Source: Mustelus asterias (lineage: Eukaryota). From it: a stretch of 64,000 nucleotides of DNA. This document shows, in pieces, positions 11,410 through 24,100 of the stretch. Each line of letters begins with the position of its first letter. The first letter of the stretch is position 1. The stretch is from assembly GCF_964213995.1 (NCBI RefSeq), contig NC_135822.1, positions 25,854,001 to 25,918,000 of the forward strand, written 5' to 3'. The notes below the pieces were generated by a model. The model saw only the letters and a program-made list of their open reading frames with translations, had not been told where the DNA came from and did not search any database. The translations under genes were made by a program, and so were the position numbers.

Positions 11410-12757
11410 AAGTGTCTTTGGACAGGGGAATGGGCAGGGCAAGGTCCCTTTCTTAGCGACTAAGTTTTTAAAAAGCATTGACTGTCAGTGAAACTGTCAG
11501 TTGCTGAGAGTGGGAACTGAAAACAGAGCAGTAACCCGAGGAGCAGAAAGCACAGGAAAGAAAAAGCTGCTATTCCAATCACAGATTCTGTCTGTCTCAC
11601 CCTGGACATATGCAAATTCTTCCTTTCATTCTTTGAATTCAGGTGATTTGCTTGCTACGCTGATTTTCCATTGGCTCTAGGTGGTGCTGTCTTTTCCCCC
11701 TTCCTTGTGCTGATTGATCTGCAAAAGGTTGACCAGCAACGCACTTCATTTTATGTACAAAAAGAATGAACAAGTTATAATGTGATGAATAGATCTGAAG
11801 ATGTGAAGGCTTTCTTTTGAAACTCTCAGGTTAACTTCCCTTGAAGTTGGAAGACCCATTGAACGCAATCTATTGGGGAACCAATGAGACAAGACAAGAC
11901 TGCATTCAGTACTCAAGTTAATCATTACTCCAGCTCCTCCAAACATGGGTTCCCTCCCACCTGCCCCCTATCATCAGAGACAGAATCTATGACTGAAGGA
12001 GCAGCAAGGGCAGTAGAGAGGGAATCTGTGATTGGAGAAGCTATTTTGGATATTCAGCTGCACTGAATGATTTGTGATGACATCATCTGGAAGGTTAAGG
12101 AGAAGAAACAGAAAATGAAAGAACAGGAGAGAGTCTCTGCTGGTAATGAGGTCGGAGTAGGCCAGAGGGAGCTGTCACTCAGCCTTGTGACAAGCCTGAC
12201 CCAACTATCATCGGCATTCCCAGAACGAGCTACTCCCAGGTAATTCGAACCTCGTTCCTAGTGATACAGAGTTATCTTGAGCAAGGGCCATGTCAGTGTG
12301 TCCGGGGAGGGAGCTTAGGCAGCAACAAGTGAATGGGACGATCCTTCATCCTCCTCCCCTCTACAACTCTCCAACAATAAATAATGTGAGTGCCAGCATA
12401 GACAGTCTTTCTTTTCCATACAGGTAGTTGAAATATATAAAAAATTTGAAATATTTTCTTGCAATCTAGGTTGCAAGTATTGAATCTTTCCCCCACATGT
12501 CACTGTGTACATGTGGTGCAATGTGCAGAACATGTTCATGAGGACTAATGCCATCAAAATAAAATTTGTATTCTCTGGTTTGTTTAATAGTCACACTGGG
12601 ATCACTAAAAACACACACATAAAATATCACTGCATTATATAGTTACTGCTCTTAATACTATGACCCACGCTGCATAAATATCGGATATTTGCCACCAGAT
12701 GCCAACCAGTGGGTGCTATTATTTTTAACAAGGCTTTTCTTGATTGTTTGGAGGATA

Positions 12758-13080
12758 AGGTGGCACACTGGTTGGTTCTGCTGCCTCACAGCACCGGGGA
12801 CCCGGGTTCAATTCTGGCCTTGCGTGAGTGTGTGTGGAGTTTGTACATTCTCCCTGTGTAGGTTTGCTCCGGGTGCTCCGGTTTCCTCCCAGAGGTGTGC
12901 AGGTTAGGTGGATTGGTCATTTTAAATTGCCCCTTTGTGTCCCAAGATGTGTACGTTAGGGGCATTAACAGGGTAAATACATGGGGTTACGGGGATAGGG
13001 TCAGGGTAAGATGCTCTGTCGGAGAGTCAGTGCAGACTCATTGTGCCAAATGGCCCCCTTCTGCACTGTAGAGATTCTAT
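12758..13080 (+). mobile_element. HE1/V-SINE-like SINE, tail type i
   Basis: tRNA-like head, V-domain, TTCTGCACTGTAG tail. Confidence 0.8.
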
Positions 13081-13619
13081 AATTCCAGATTGATGATTCT
13101 TGACAGGAGAAAAAGAACATGTATGATTGAAGGGGAGGATTAAAATTGTGGGGAGAAAGGGCCCAGAAACAGGAGGAGCACCAGGGCCCATGATTTTTCG
13201 CCCTGGCCCTGTCTCCCAAACAGGATTGTGGGTGTAGCTACAAGATCAAGAAGGCAGCGCATCGCCATTTTCTCAGGGGCAATTAGGAATGGGCAAGAAA
13301 AGCTGGCCTTGCCATTGATGCTCCTATCCCAAGGATGAATAGTTTTTTTTCAAAAATCAAGCAGCCTCTGCAAGAAAGTATATGCATGTTGGTGTGTAAG
13401 CTGAGGGCAGAGTCAAACTCAGCAAAATATCCTACTGAACCACACTGTCTTCAAAAAGGCCATCTGTACCAGAGTGCAACATGCCAAGCAAGGGCAACCT
13501 TCATGAAGACCCAGCTAGTACACCAACTTCCATTATACAAGGGAGCTTGTTTCTCCTACCTGGTTCGATCTATGTGCAACCCCAGTCTTGTACCACATTG
13601 TCCTCCGAAAACACAGAAA

Positions 13620-14300
13620 CACAGAATTTAGGAGCAGGAATAGGTCATTCAGCCTGTTGAGCCTTTTCTGCCATTTGACAAGACCACAGTTGATCTGGTT
13701 GTGTTCACAGCTCCACTTTCTTTTCTGCCCTTCTCCGTATCTATCAAAAATCTGTCAAACTTTGCCTTGAATAAATTCAATGACCCAACTTCCACTACTT
13801 TCTGAGGAAGAGAATTCCACATATGGACAACCCTTTGAGAGAAAAGAAATTCTCCTCATTTCTGTCTTAAACGGTAGACCTCATTCATAAAATGTACCGC
13901 TGGTTCTAGTCTCTCTCTCCCAAGAATGGAAACATCCATCCAGTATCTACCCTGTAAGATCCTGAAGGGATTTGATATGTTTTAATGAGATCACCTCTCA
14001 TTCTCCTAAACTCCTATGGGTTTATGTCCAATCTTTTCAATCTTTTTTCATAAGATAAGCTCCTCATTCCAGGAATGAGTTGTGTGAACCTTCTCTGAAC
14101 TGCTGCTAATGCAATTATATCTTTTTTTCAAATAAGGAGACCAAAACTGTACATAATTTTTCAGATATGGTTTCATCAAGGCCCTGAACAGCTGCAGTAA
14201 AACTTCCCTACTTTTATATCCCATTCCCCTTGCAATAAAAGACAACATTCCATTTGCCTTCCTAATTACTTGCGGTACCTGCACACTAACCTTCTGCGAT
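13620..14300 (-). mobile_element. CR1 LINE 3' fragment
   Basis: KANGMLSFIARG..VQFWSPYLKK; appears to resume near 15350-15505. Confidence 0.85.
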
Positions 14301-14301
14301 T

Positions 14302-15299
14302 TGTTACAATCCTTGGATAGACCTCAGGATGTTGGGAGAGGTCCCGCAAGGGACCAGTAATACTTTTATTTAAAGCAGTTACAGGTTGAGATTAAGGGCA
14401 CCTGCTTTTGGAATAAAGCCACAAGATTCCAGGGCTTTTGAACAAAAAAAAATCAAAACTTACTATACAGGTTTAGGTAGATAGGGCAGTTAGAGATGGG
14501 CAATAAATGTTGGCCAGCCAGTGACGCCCATGTCCCACAATTGAATTTTTTTTTAAAAAGGAATCTTATACTCTTAACATTCAGTATCAATGTGAGGCAC
14601 ATGTGAATTAATAGGCAAACTGAGGTCGAACACACCACACTAATGGCAGATGCGACTAATGGATTTCTCAAGAACCCACCCAGACATTAGGATTCACTGT
14701 CAGCTGCACAATTTCTTTAAAGCTGTCGCCTTTTTGTGGAATTTCCAGTTTTCACCTTCAAAGATTTAGCCTCTGAATTCCCTCCAAAAACCACTCGGAT
14801 TCAGACTGCCTTAACGACGGCCCCCTTTCAGGTTTTCTCCTCAGGACTTCCCCTGGGCCTGGATTGCCCAGAGACACAACACCTTTTCTGCAGCCTGGAA
14901 CCTCTTTGCCCTGCTTCTGAATACAACCAGTCACGTAGGAGTTTTTGAGCCCCTCTTGGTAGCACCAAGCTATCAATGGCTCCCAACGTTCCTTTTGAGC
15001 CCCAACCTCTCTGATTTACCAAATGGCTCCCAGGGCTTCACTAAGCCCACATCAGACCTCCTCAGCAGCAGTACTTTCTTGAACTTACCTGGGACTTCTA
15101 CCCGTGCCCTTGTTAGTGACACTTGCAGGGTGCCTCCCCAAAGCTGACTGTCTCAAACTGATTCTCTGACTGACTAAAATTGACTGACCCTTGAGCAGAT
15201 CTGGGGAACCTATCAACACACTCACAGCAGGTCCCACCCTTGTTACTACACAGGAGCCATTGTAGCAGCATTCAAACATCTTACCCCTTCTATGTTACA
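14302..15299. mobile_element. Possible solo LTR inserted in CR1
   Basis: About 1 kb, TGT...ACA termini, interrupts a CR1; no clear TSD. Confidence 0.35.
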
Positions 15300-16580
15300 A
15301 TGTCCATAGATTGCAGATTTATATATCACACACAGACATAATGAATTGAGTTCATGACAGATTCACATCCCAGGACACCCAGATCCCTCTGTACCACCAA
15401 GTTCTGCAATCTCTCTCCATTTAAATAATATACTGCCTGTTATTGCTGCCAAAGTGGACAAGTTCACATTTTCCCACATTACACGCCATCTTTCAATTTT
15501 TTTGCCCAAAGGTGCAGAGCAGGTGTGGAATAAAATATGGGGCATGAAAAGCTAATGACAGTATCAAAACAGCTTGCATTTTTATAGTTCTTGCTACCTC
15601 GGTTGCAAAGACAAGGGAATAGGACCGATCACCATGTCCTCACTGAGATGGTCAATAAACAAGGCTTTGCTAATGTTGCTAATCCCCTCAGAGCAAATTT
15701 TTAAAAGCAGAACAACGTTAAGAACCCAATTTTCTAAATTCTCCCCACTTCAACACCCTGTAACTCCGATATCAAGTTTAACAAGTAGCAAAGTATGTGA
15801 AGCACACAACCATGTAATAAATTAAAGCATTACAGTAATCCAGTAACATTATACAGGAAAGACGACACTGTCTGTGCCAGTGGGGTGCCATAATAATAGC
15901 AGGAGGCATGGTACATTTGTAATATATACACCAGGCGGTCACTGTCTGTGATTTAGCTAAGAAAGAAACTATTAAACACTCAAATATTATTTGAACACTG
16001 CAGCATTATTCAGCCCAGTGCATTCCTGCTAAGCAGAAACATAATAGGCCAAACACTCCGTTCAATCCATTACTTCTAAGATACTAATCAAATTCACAAA
16101 TGACAATTGTGTGACCATGGTGCATGATCACTCTTTTGTTAGCGACGACTCAGCAGGTAGCATTCTTGTGCATTCTTTTCCAAACACTTGAGTACCAAAT
16201 CTAGGCTGACATTCCAAGGCAGTGCTGAAAGAATGCTGCACTGTTGAAGGTGCTGCCTTTAAACTAAAGCCCTGTCTCCTCTCTTTGGTGGACATAAGAG
16301 AACCAATGGCATAATTCAAAAGTAGGAAAACGTGCAGGGGGGAGGTGATGGTGTAGTGGAAATGTCACCGGATTAGTGATTCAGAAACCTGGACTAATGC
16401 TCTGGGGACACAGGTTCAAATCCCACCACTGGTGGAATTTAAATTCAATTTATAAATCTGGAAATACAGCCGTTCATTTGCTGTTGTTGGGTCACAATCC
16501 TGGAACTCCCTCGCTCACAGCACTGTGGGTGTACCTACACTACACAGACTGCAGCGCCTCAAGAAGGCAGCTCACAACCA

Positions 16581-16619
16581 AGTTTTGACAAAGGGTCATC
16601 TGGACTCGAAACGTCAGCT
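16581..16619 (+). ncRNA. Minimal hammerhead ribozyme, U3-A8 core variant with GUC cleavage triplet
   Basis: AGTT-TTGACAA-A-GGGTC-atctg-GACTC-GAA-ACGT-C-AGCT; predicted cleavage after 16615. Confidence 0.7.
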
Positions 16620-16679
16620 CTTTTTTCGCCTTACAGATGCTGCCAGACCTGCTGAGATTTTCCAGCATTTTCTCTTTTG
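16581..16679 (+). mobile_element. Penelope family A fragment
   Basis: Matches 223-321; degenerate TSD AGCTCACAACCA / AGCTCACGATCA. Confidence 0.8.
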
Positions 16680-18960
16680 AGCTCACGATCACCTTCTCAA
16701 GGGCAATTAGGGATGAGCAAAATTGCTGGTCCAGCCAACGATGACCACATCCAACAAAAAAGTTTTTAAAATTCTCACCAATGTCCTGGCCAATATTTAT
16801 CCCTTAACCATCATTACAAAATCATTTTTAAAATGTATATAGATATGACTGTTTACAGAATCCTGCTGGGCATAACTCGATGGCCACATTCCTACATTAC
16901 AATAATGACTACAGTTTTAAAGGAGTTAATTGGCTGTAACACACATTGAGATGTCCTGAGGTTGTGAGTGGCACTACATAAATGCAAATCGTTATTTCTT
17001 TCCTCGCATCCTCTGCAACTTTCCTGCTTCCCTGACACAGTCAACTACACCATCCTGCACCAAAATGTCTCCCCCATTGTTCAGCTCAGTGAGTCTGCCC
17101 TCACCAGAATAACTCCAGCCATGACTTTTAGCCCTGCCTCACAATATTAGCTGAGTTTCCCAAAAAAATCACTCTGCAGTTCCTCCTACTCTCTCTCCTA
17201 CATACTGCCCTTGGTAGAATCATCTGAAGATATAGAATCTGATTTCTGACATTGAGACTGACAACAAACAACTCTACCTTACCTCTTAGCTCTAACTGCG
17301 CTATTGTAGATAAGCAGGAACTTTATTCAACTTAGCACATGCAAAACTAAAGCCATTCAGTTCGGGTCCCTGCCAAAAGTCCACATCATAACTCAACTCT
17401 CCTCAGCTGCTTGCACCTACTGAACACATTGTTGCACAACTTTATTTGCCTCCAAACTAAATCAAGCTCCACATGTCTATCCATCGCCATGCTTGTCCAT
17501 TTCCATCTTCATTGCATTGTTCACCTCCATTCCCAATTTACCTCCAACTAACACGGGAGCCCTCATGTACGTTTTAGTCACCTCCAGGGTCAACCTTTCA
17601 AACCATCTCTTCACCATCCAGCACAAACTATTATCAGAATCTACTGGGGGTAACTTAGCGGCCACATTCCGACATTACAACAATGACTACACTTTTAAAG
17701 GAGTAATTGGCTGTAACACACACTGGGATGTCCCGAGGTTGTGAATGGCATTTACATAAATGCAAAACTGCAACCCCGCTTCCCTAAAACCCCTGTCCCA
17801 GTCCATCTCCCAACAACTCTCAGCCCCCAATCTATCAAATTAAAATCCTGATCCTTAGTCATAAATCCTTCTGCAATTTCACCTTTCTTCACTCTGCAAC
17901 TTGGCTTCAGCTCTGCATATTAAGATAACCATTTCGTTCTTTGAGCTCTGGTCCTCTTTGCATCAATGCTTCCTCCCAAAACCTGCCTGTCTCATTTCTT
18001 CACTTCCATCATTAAAAATTTTAAATTTTAACCATCTTCTTCCAAGATATCAGTCTATACAGGTAACGATGACTTCTACTTACCCAGTCTACAAGCTTGC
18101 ATAAATCAACTGTTCCATCTACGGGAAAACATTTCAAACATTGATTGGACGTTTCTTTTTGTGTTAACAGATTAAATGTCCAATGCTTTGCAAAAAAAGA
18201 CCATTACTTCGATCATCAAACTGAAAGTTTCAAGGGGCAGAATCTGAAATGATTGAGATTCCTCTACATCAGATTTTAATAACATACTTAATTACATGAG
18301 AATGATGCCCAGTCCAGTAAAAACACAACGCAATACTTACAGAAACTGTCTGTAACATTGCCTTGTCCCAGTGCAACTCCTGCCCTGCTGCGATGCCCTG
18401 GTCATTCCACAATGACAACTTCTGACTGTATGGTACAGTAAATAAAACACAAAACACCCATTTGGATACAGAGTGTTGTCATGGAACAGCTCCATTTTAT
18501 CCACACTGGAGTGCTGGGGGTGCTCGGGCTAGTAGCAACATGCACTTCTGCATTATTGAAACCAGAGCCCTATACTTTTACAATAATGAAATGAAATTGC
18601 TGGTTAGCGCGACACAGAAGCCAGGATTGGTGCAGCATAAGACATTCCTGAACAAAGAGATTTAGAGGCTGCCAGTGAAGCAGTAGAATTATCTCCCTGG
18701 CAGAGTTATCCTGCAGTTCAAACTGCTGGTCAGGAGGGGAGCAGGATAACTAAAACATGAAAGTAAAGTTCTAAAAGATGGAAAAGGGTGACAAAGAAAG
18801 AAATATTTCTGAATCCCAGTTGTCAGTGGAATATTGTTGATTATTGCACTCACAGTTCCATGGTTATTTCTTTAGAACAGTTCAATATATTCCTCGACAC
18901 TCAGCTATATCAATCACTGCCTCTGGCTTGCTGGAATGCATTTGTTCAAACTAAAGCGGA

Positions 18961-19053
18961 AGTTTATTAGTCACAAATAAGGCTTACATTAACACTGCAA
19001 TGAAGTTACTGTGAAATTCCCCTAGTCGCCACACTCCGGCGCCTGTTCAGGTC
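18961..19053 (-). mobile_element. V-SINE tail type ii fragment
   Basis: Reverse complement of the type ii tail. Confidence 0.7.
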
Positions 19054-19609
19054 TATGGACCTAAGCTCAGAGACAAGACAATCAACTTTGGTAACTTCTA
19101 AGGAATACAGATCAAACAGAAGTTGGAACATCAACAAAACATCTCCATAGCACACCACTACCTAAAAATGTACAATATTTAACTACTTGCACACCTTAGA
19201 GGTTAGACAGCCAGAAGTGCAGTCACAAAGGAATAGAAAGTCATTTAACAAGACAGCACTCAATACAAAGAATAAAAGGTATACGTCAATTTGCTAGCAT
19301 ACTGTGCAACAAAAGCATAAGACTGGCATGTTAAAACATGCGTTAACATCTTCCTGTGATATAAAACACATTTGCAGGACACCCAAGCAGAAGATCGAAT
19401 GAACATTCTCTTCACAGAGAAAGAGATCAGATTCCAAAATCCTCTGTTAAAAGAGCCCGCGAACCACCTTCCAGACAGCAAACAAAGCGACCAGTCATTT
19501 GAAGATCATGGATAGCATTTCAGAATCACCTCCCAATCAAATAATTTAGCATTTGGAGCTTTCGGGGTTGTTGTAAAATATATCAGAGCTGAAAGACGTG
19601 CTTTTACAC

Positions 19610-20025
19610 AGCAAATATATTTACATATCCCCAAAGCATTGTACAGCCAATCAAGCACTTTTGACGTGGAGTCTCTGCTGCAATGTAGGAAATGCATCGG
19701 CCAATTTGTGCACAGCAAGCTCCCGCAAACACCGATGTAATAATGACCAATCTGTTTTTGTAGTGGTGATTGAAGGGTAAATACTGGCCAGCACACCAAG
19801 AAAAACTCCTGCACTCCTCTTTAAAATAGTGCCATGGGATCTTTAACACCCACCTGAGAGAGCAGACAGGGTCTCAGTTTACCGTTTCACCTGAAGGATT
19901 GCACCCCCAACCCACCCTCAGCACTGCACTGGAAGGTCTGCCGAGACTTTTGTGCCAAGGTTTCTGGAGTCAGAACTGGATCCATAATCTTCTGAATTAG
20001 AGGTGAGATCTGAGTCAAAGCTGAC
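19610..20025 (-). mobile_element. SacSINE1/DeuSINE-like SINE
   Basis: AATAGTGCCATGGGATCTTT...GAGAGAGCAGACAGGG...GCACTGCACTGG. Confidence 0.7.
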
Positions 20026-20411
20026 ACTACAAGTATGCGAGTACATATCCATTATCTCCACACTCTTGTCTTCTGCCACTTAGTCAATCTCTTAACTAGG
20101 TCAATAGTTTTCCTTCAATTCCATCCAACTGTCTCTTATGGGGAATTTTGTCAAGTGTCTTCTGGAATTCCATAGAAACCACCTTCATCAACATTCTCCA
20201 ATGTACATCTTTAGCTACTTCTTCAAAAAATTTAATTATTAGTTCACATTAACCCTGTTACGCTGGACAAAATCCAATAACTCTCGAAATAGACTTGTGA
20301 TCACCAATCTAGTTGTGTTTGAATGAAGGATTTGAAATGCTAGAATCTAAAAAAGAAAATTAACTTTAAGTCTTGCCAAGCTGTTTCAACAATAATAAAT
20401 TGTGTGCAGAT

Positions 20412-20750
20412 ACATAGAAATCATAGAAACCCTACAGTGCAGAAGGAGGCCATTCGGCCCATCGAGTCTGCACCGACCACAATCCCACCCAGGCCCTACC
20501 CCCACATATTTACCCGCTAATCCCTCTAACCTACGCATTTTAGGATTCTAAGGGGCAATTTTTAACCTGGCCAATCAACCTAACCCGCACATCTTTGGAC
20601 TGTGGGAGGAAACCGGGGCACCCGGAGGAAACCCACGCAGGCACGAGGAGAATGTGCAAACTCCACACAGACAGTGACCCGAGCCGGGAATCGAACCCGG
20701 GACCCTGGAGCTGTGAAGCAGCAGTGCTAACCACTGTGCTACCGTGCCGC
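20412..20750 (-). mobile_element. HE1/V-SINE-like SINE, full length, tail type i
   Basis: Intact A/B boxes, V-domain and tail. Confidence 0.9.
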
Positions 20751-20864
20751 CCCATGATCATAGTTCACATCCATTTGCTTAGGATAGATGAAAACTTCTA
20801 AAGAGAACTACTTCACCACACAAAGTTCTTCATCCATGGCAGTCCCCTGGGATCAAAGATTTTT

Positions 20865-22035
20865 TTATTCATTCATGGGATATGGGCTCACTGGCCGGCC
20901 AGCATTTATTGCCCATCCCTAGTTGCCCTTGAGAAGGTGGTGGTGAGCTGCCTTCTTGAATCGTTGAAGTCCATGTTCTGTGGGTTGACCCACAATGCTG
21001 TTAGGGAGGGAATTCCAGCAACTGTGAGTGAACAGCGATATATTTCCAAACCAGGATGGTGAGTGGCTTGGAGGGGAACTTGCAGGGAGTGGTGTTCCCA
21101 TGTATCTGCTGCCCTTGTCCTTTTAGATGGAAGTGGTCGTGGGTCTGGAAGGTGCTGTCTAAGGATCTTTTGTGAATAGCTGCAGTGCATCTTGCAGACA
21201 GTACACACTGCTGCTACTGAGCGTCAGTGGTGGAGGAAGTGGATGTGGTGCTAATCAAGCGGGCTGCTTTGTCCTGGACGGTGTCAAGCTCCTTGAGTGT
21301 TGTTGGAGCTGCACCCACCCAGGCAAGTGGGGAGTATTCCATCACACTCCTGACTTGTGCCTTGTAGATGGTGGACAGGCTTTGGGGAGTCAAGAGGTGA
21401 GTTACTCACCGCAGTATTCCTAGCCTCTGACCTGCTCTTGCAGCCAATGTTTATGTTGGTGAGTCCAGATGAGTTTCTGGTCAATGGTAACCCCAAGGAT
21501 GTTGACAGTGGGGGATTCAGTGATGGTAACACCATTGAATGTCAAGGGGTGGTGGTTACAGTATTTCTTATTGGTGATGGTCAGTGCCTGGCATTTGTGT
21601 GGCACGAATGTTACTTGCCACTTGTCAGCCCAAGCCTGGATATTGTCCAGATATTGTTGCATTTGAACATGGACTGCTTCAGTATCTGAGGAGTTGCGAA
21701 TGGTGCTGAACATTGTGCAATCATCGGCGAACATCCCCACTTCTGACCTGACGGAGGGAAGCTCATTGATGAAGCAGCTAAAGATGGTTGGGGCTAGGAC
21801 ACTACCTTGAGGGACTGATGCAGAGATGTCCTGGAGCTGAGATGATCGACCCTCCACAACCACAACCGTCTTCCTATGTACCAGGTATGACTTCTACCAG
21901 TGGAGTGTTTGCCCCCTGATACCAGTTTTGCTAGGGCTCCTTGATGTCACACTCCGTCAAATGCAGTCTTGATGTCAAGGGCTGTCACTCTCACCTCATC
22001 TCTGGAATTCAGCTCTTTCATCCAAGTTTGAACCA
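20865..22035 (-). mobile_element. CR1-type LINE 3' fragment (second family)
   Basis: SVPQGSVLAPTIFSCFIN..FADD RT motifs; 3' end GGGATGGGCAATAAATGCTGGCC. Confidence 0.85.
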
Positions 22036-22225
22036 CTTGCTTTTCATCACCACTTGATGGCTTGCTTTCACTCCAGTTTATGGGTTCCAAGGAGGCTGAT
22101 AAGTCCAATACACAATCTGTAGGTTTGTTACATGCCGAGTAGGTGATGGTCAGGCAGATAAGGAGTTTGAAAGTTTGTGTGCTCTCACCGATGCCTCAAC
22201 TCCGCTCCGGCACGCTCTAGACAAA

Positions 22226-22925
22226 GGGCCCGATTTTACCATTTCGAGACTAAGTGCCTGGTGCGGGTGCCAAATAGATCCGAGCCCGGAGGCCGCGCTC
22301 CAGCACACCCATACGCTTTTTTCCAGTGCCGGTCCAGTGGGCGGGGCTTAGCGCCGCTGAAACGATAGGAGCTCCGAACTGCGCATGCGCAGTTTGGAAA
22401 AAACCTGACAGAACGTGCCCGGGTGCGAAAAAAAAAGCAGAGCAGAGAGAGCCTCTCTGCCGTTCATCCTCTGGTCAGGGGTGGGGGTGTGATATATCAT
22501 CCCATTGTGGGGGGGAGGGGGTGTGACTCTCACCCCCCAACCACAGGATGATACATCACACCCCCCCCCCAGGAGATGATAAGTCACACCCCCTCTTCCC
22601 CCCCCCCCCCCCCCCGACCTGTGTGAAACCCGGTCCCTTCAGCCGTGGCTCGAAGTCAGTAGGTCGCTTAATGCGCGGATGCGAATTGGGCCGCATGATG
22701 GTAGAGTGGAAATCGGCGGTAGAGTTGGGCAGGAGCTTCATTAAGTCGATTTAATGCATGCAAATGCATTTAAATCGTCGTGCCGGTCGATTCAGGTGTG
22801 CATCGGAACCGCGCCAAAATCGGCTGTTGGTAAAGGCGCAATTTGCAAAAAGTCTGGTGCGGATCGCGTTTTAGGCCCGATGCCCGACTTTACCGTGATT
22901 TCGCACCCGTTTTAAAATCGGGCCC
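22226..22925. mobile_element. Non-autonomous PIF/Harbinger-type DNA transposon
   Basis: Perfect 13-bp TIR GGGCCCGATTTTA, 3-bp TSD AAA, CpG-rich interior. Confidence 0.8.
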
Positions 22926-22928
22926 AAA

Positions 22929-24100
22929 GTCTCTCAATGTGTTTGATGCCTTCCCTAATAAACTTCCATTTTGATCGGTCAGACACAGAGCCTCCCCATG
23001 AGTCAACGGAGATGTTTGATCTCTTCAGGGATGCTTTGCGGACTTTCCTAAAGAAGTTAAAAAAGCCATCAAGGCCTCTGGAGTAGATGGAATTCCTGAT
23101 GAAATTCTGAAACATGATGGAGATACAATCCTGGCACAACCTCATCTCTCTCATCTGGGAAGAGGAGTGCAAGACAGGAATCTTAGGGATGCTACAATCA
23201 TGATATTAATCAAGAAGGGACACAAATATGATTGTGATAACTACAGTACCTGCTGTGCACCATAGAGACGGTCATTGCAAAGATCCTCCCTTATTGTCTC
23301 CTTCCAGTGGTCAAGGAACTTCTTCCAGAGCTGCACTACAATTTCTGTCCATTGAGAGGCACCACAGACATGATCCTCACTGTATGGCAAATGCAAGAAA
23401 AATGCAAGAGCAGCACCAACCACTGAACATTGCCTTTTCGACTTCATGAAAGCCATTGACTCTGTCAACTGCAAAAGCTGAAGGAGTATCCTCCTCAAAC
23501 CTGGCTTCCTTCTCCATGATCCTCACCAACAGGATCACCATAGACCTTGTCTCGATGAAGATTGGGTCAAACAAGGTTGTGTCAATGCACCAACCCTCCT
23601 CATTTTCATGGCTCCCTATGGCACCATACCGCCAACAAATTACCCATAGGCGTGGAGATGATCTACAAAAGAGAGAGGAAACTATTCATCCCAAAATCAC
23701 TCCAACCCGTCATTTCGGAATGCAGGTGACACTTAGTTGTGTGCGCATTCACTCAGAAACTGAACTTCAGGTCATTGCCACTCTTTCCCTGAAATGTATG
23801 AGATAATGGGCTTTTCAATAAATACCCAGAAACACAGATCCTATTCCATCCAGCTCCCACTGCACATCTCTCCCCTCAATTAAGATTGACAGCGAGATCC
23901 TTGATAAAGTGAATAACTTTTCCTTATCTTGGGAGCTCCCTCTCAGCGAAAGGAGACATTGATGACAAAATTGATTATCGCCTCCACTGTGCCAGCTCAG
24001 CCATCAGCCAACTGAGTAAAAATGTATTTGAAACCAGGATCTCAAACCCAAGCTAAAAGCTTACTGGAGAGCAGTGATTCCTGTGCTCCTAAATGCTGCA
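22929..24100 (+). mobile_element. Degenerate RTE-clade LINE
   Basis: Frameshifted GVDGIPDEILKH, IWEE, DATI..IKKG..DCDNY and DIDD-type RT segments. Confidence 0.6.

Larger units (their letters stand above)
16145..17000 (+). mobile_element. SacSINE1-like SINE split by a SINE-head/CR1-tail chimera (16341-16765) and a Penelope fragment
   Basis: 5' half 16145-16325 and 3' half 16772-17000 are colinear with the other SacSINE1-like copies. Confidence 0.6.
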
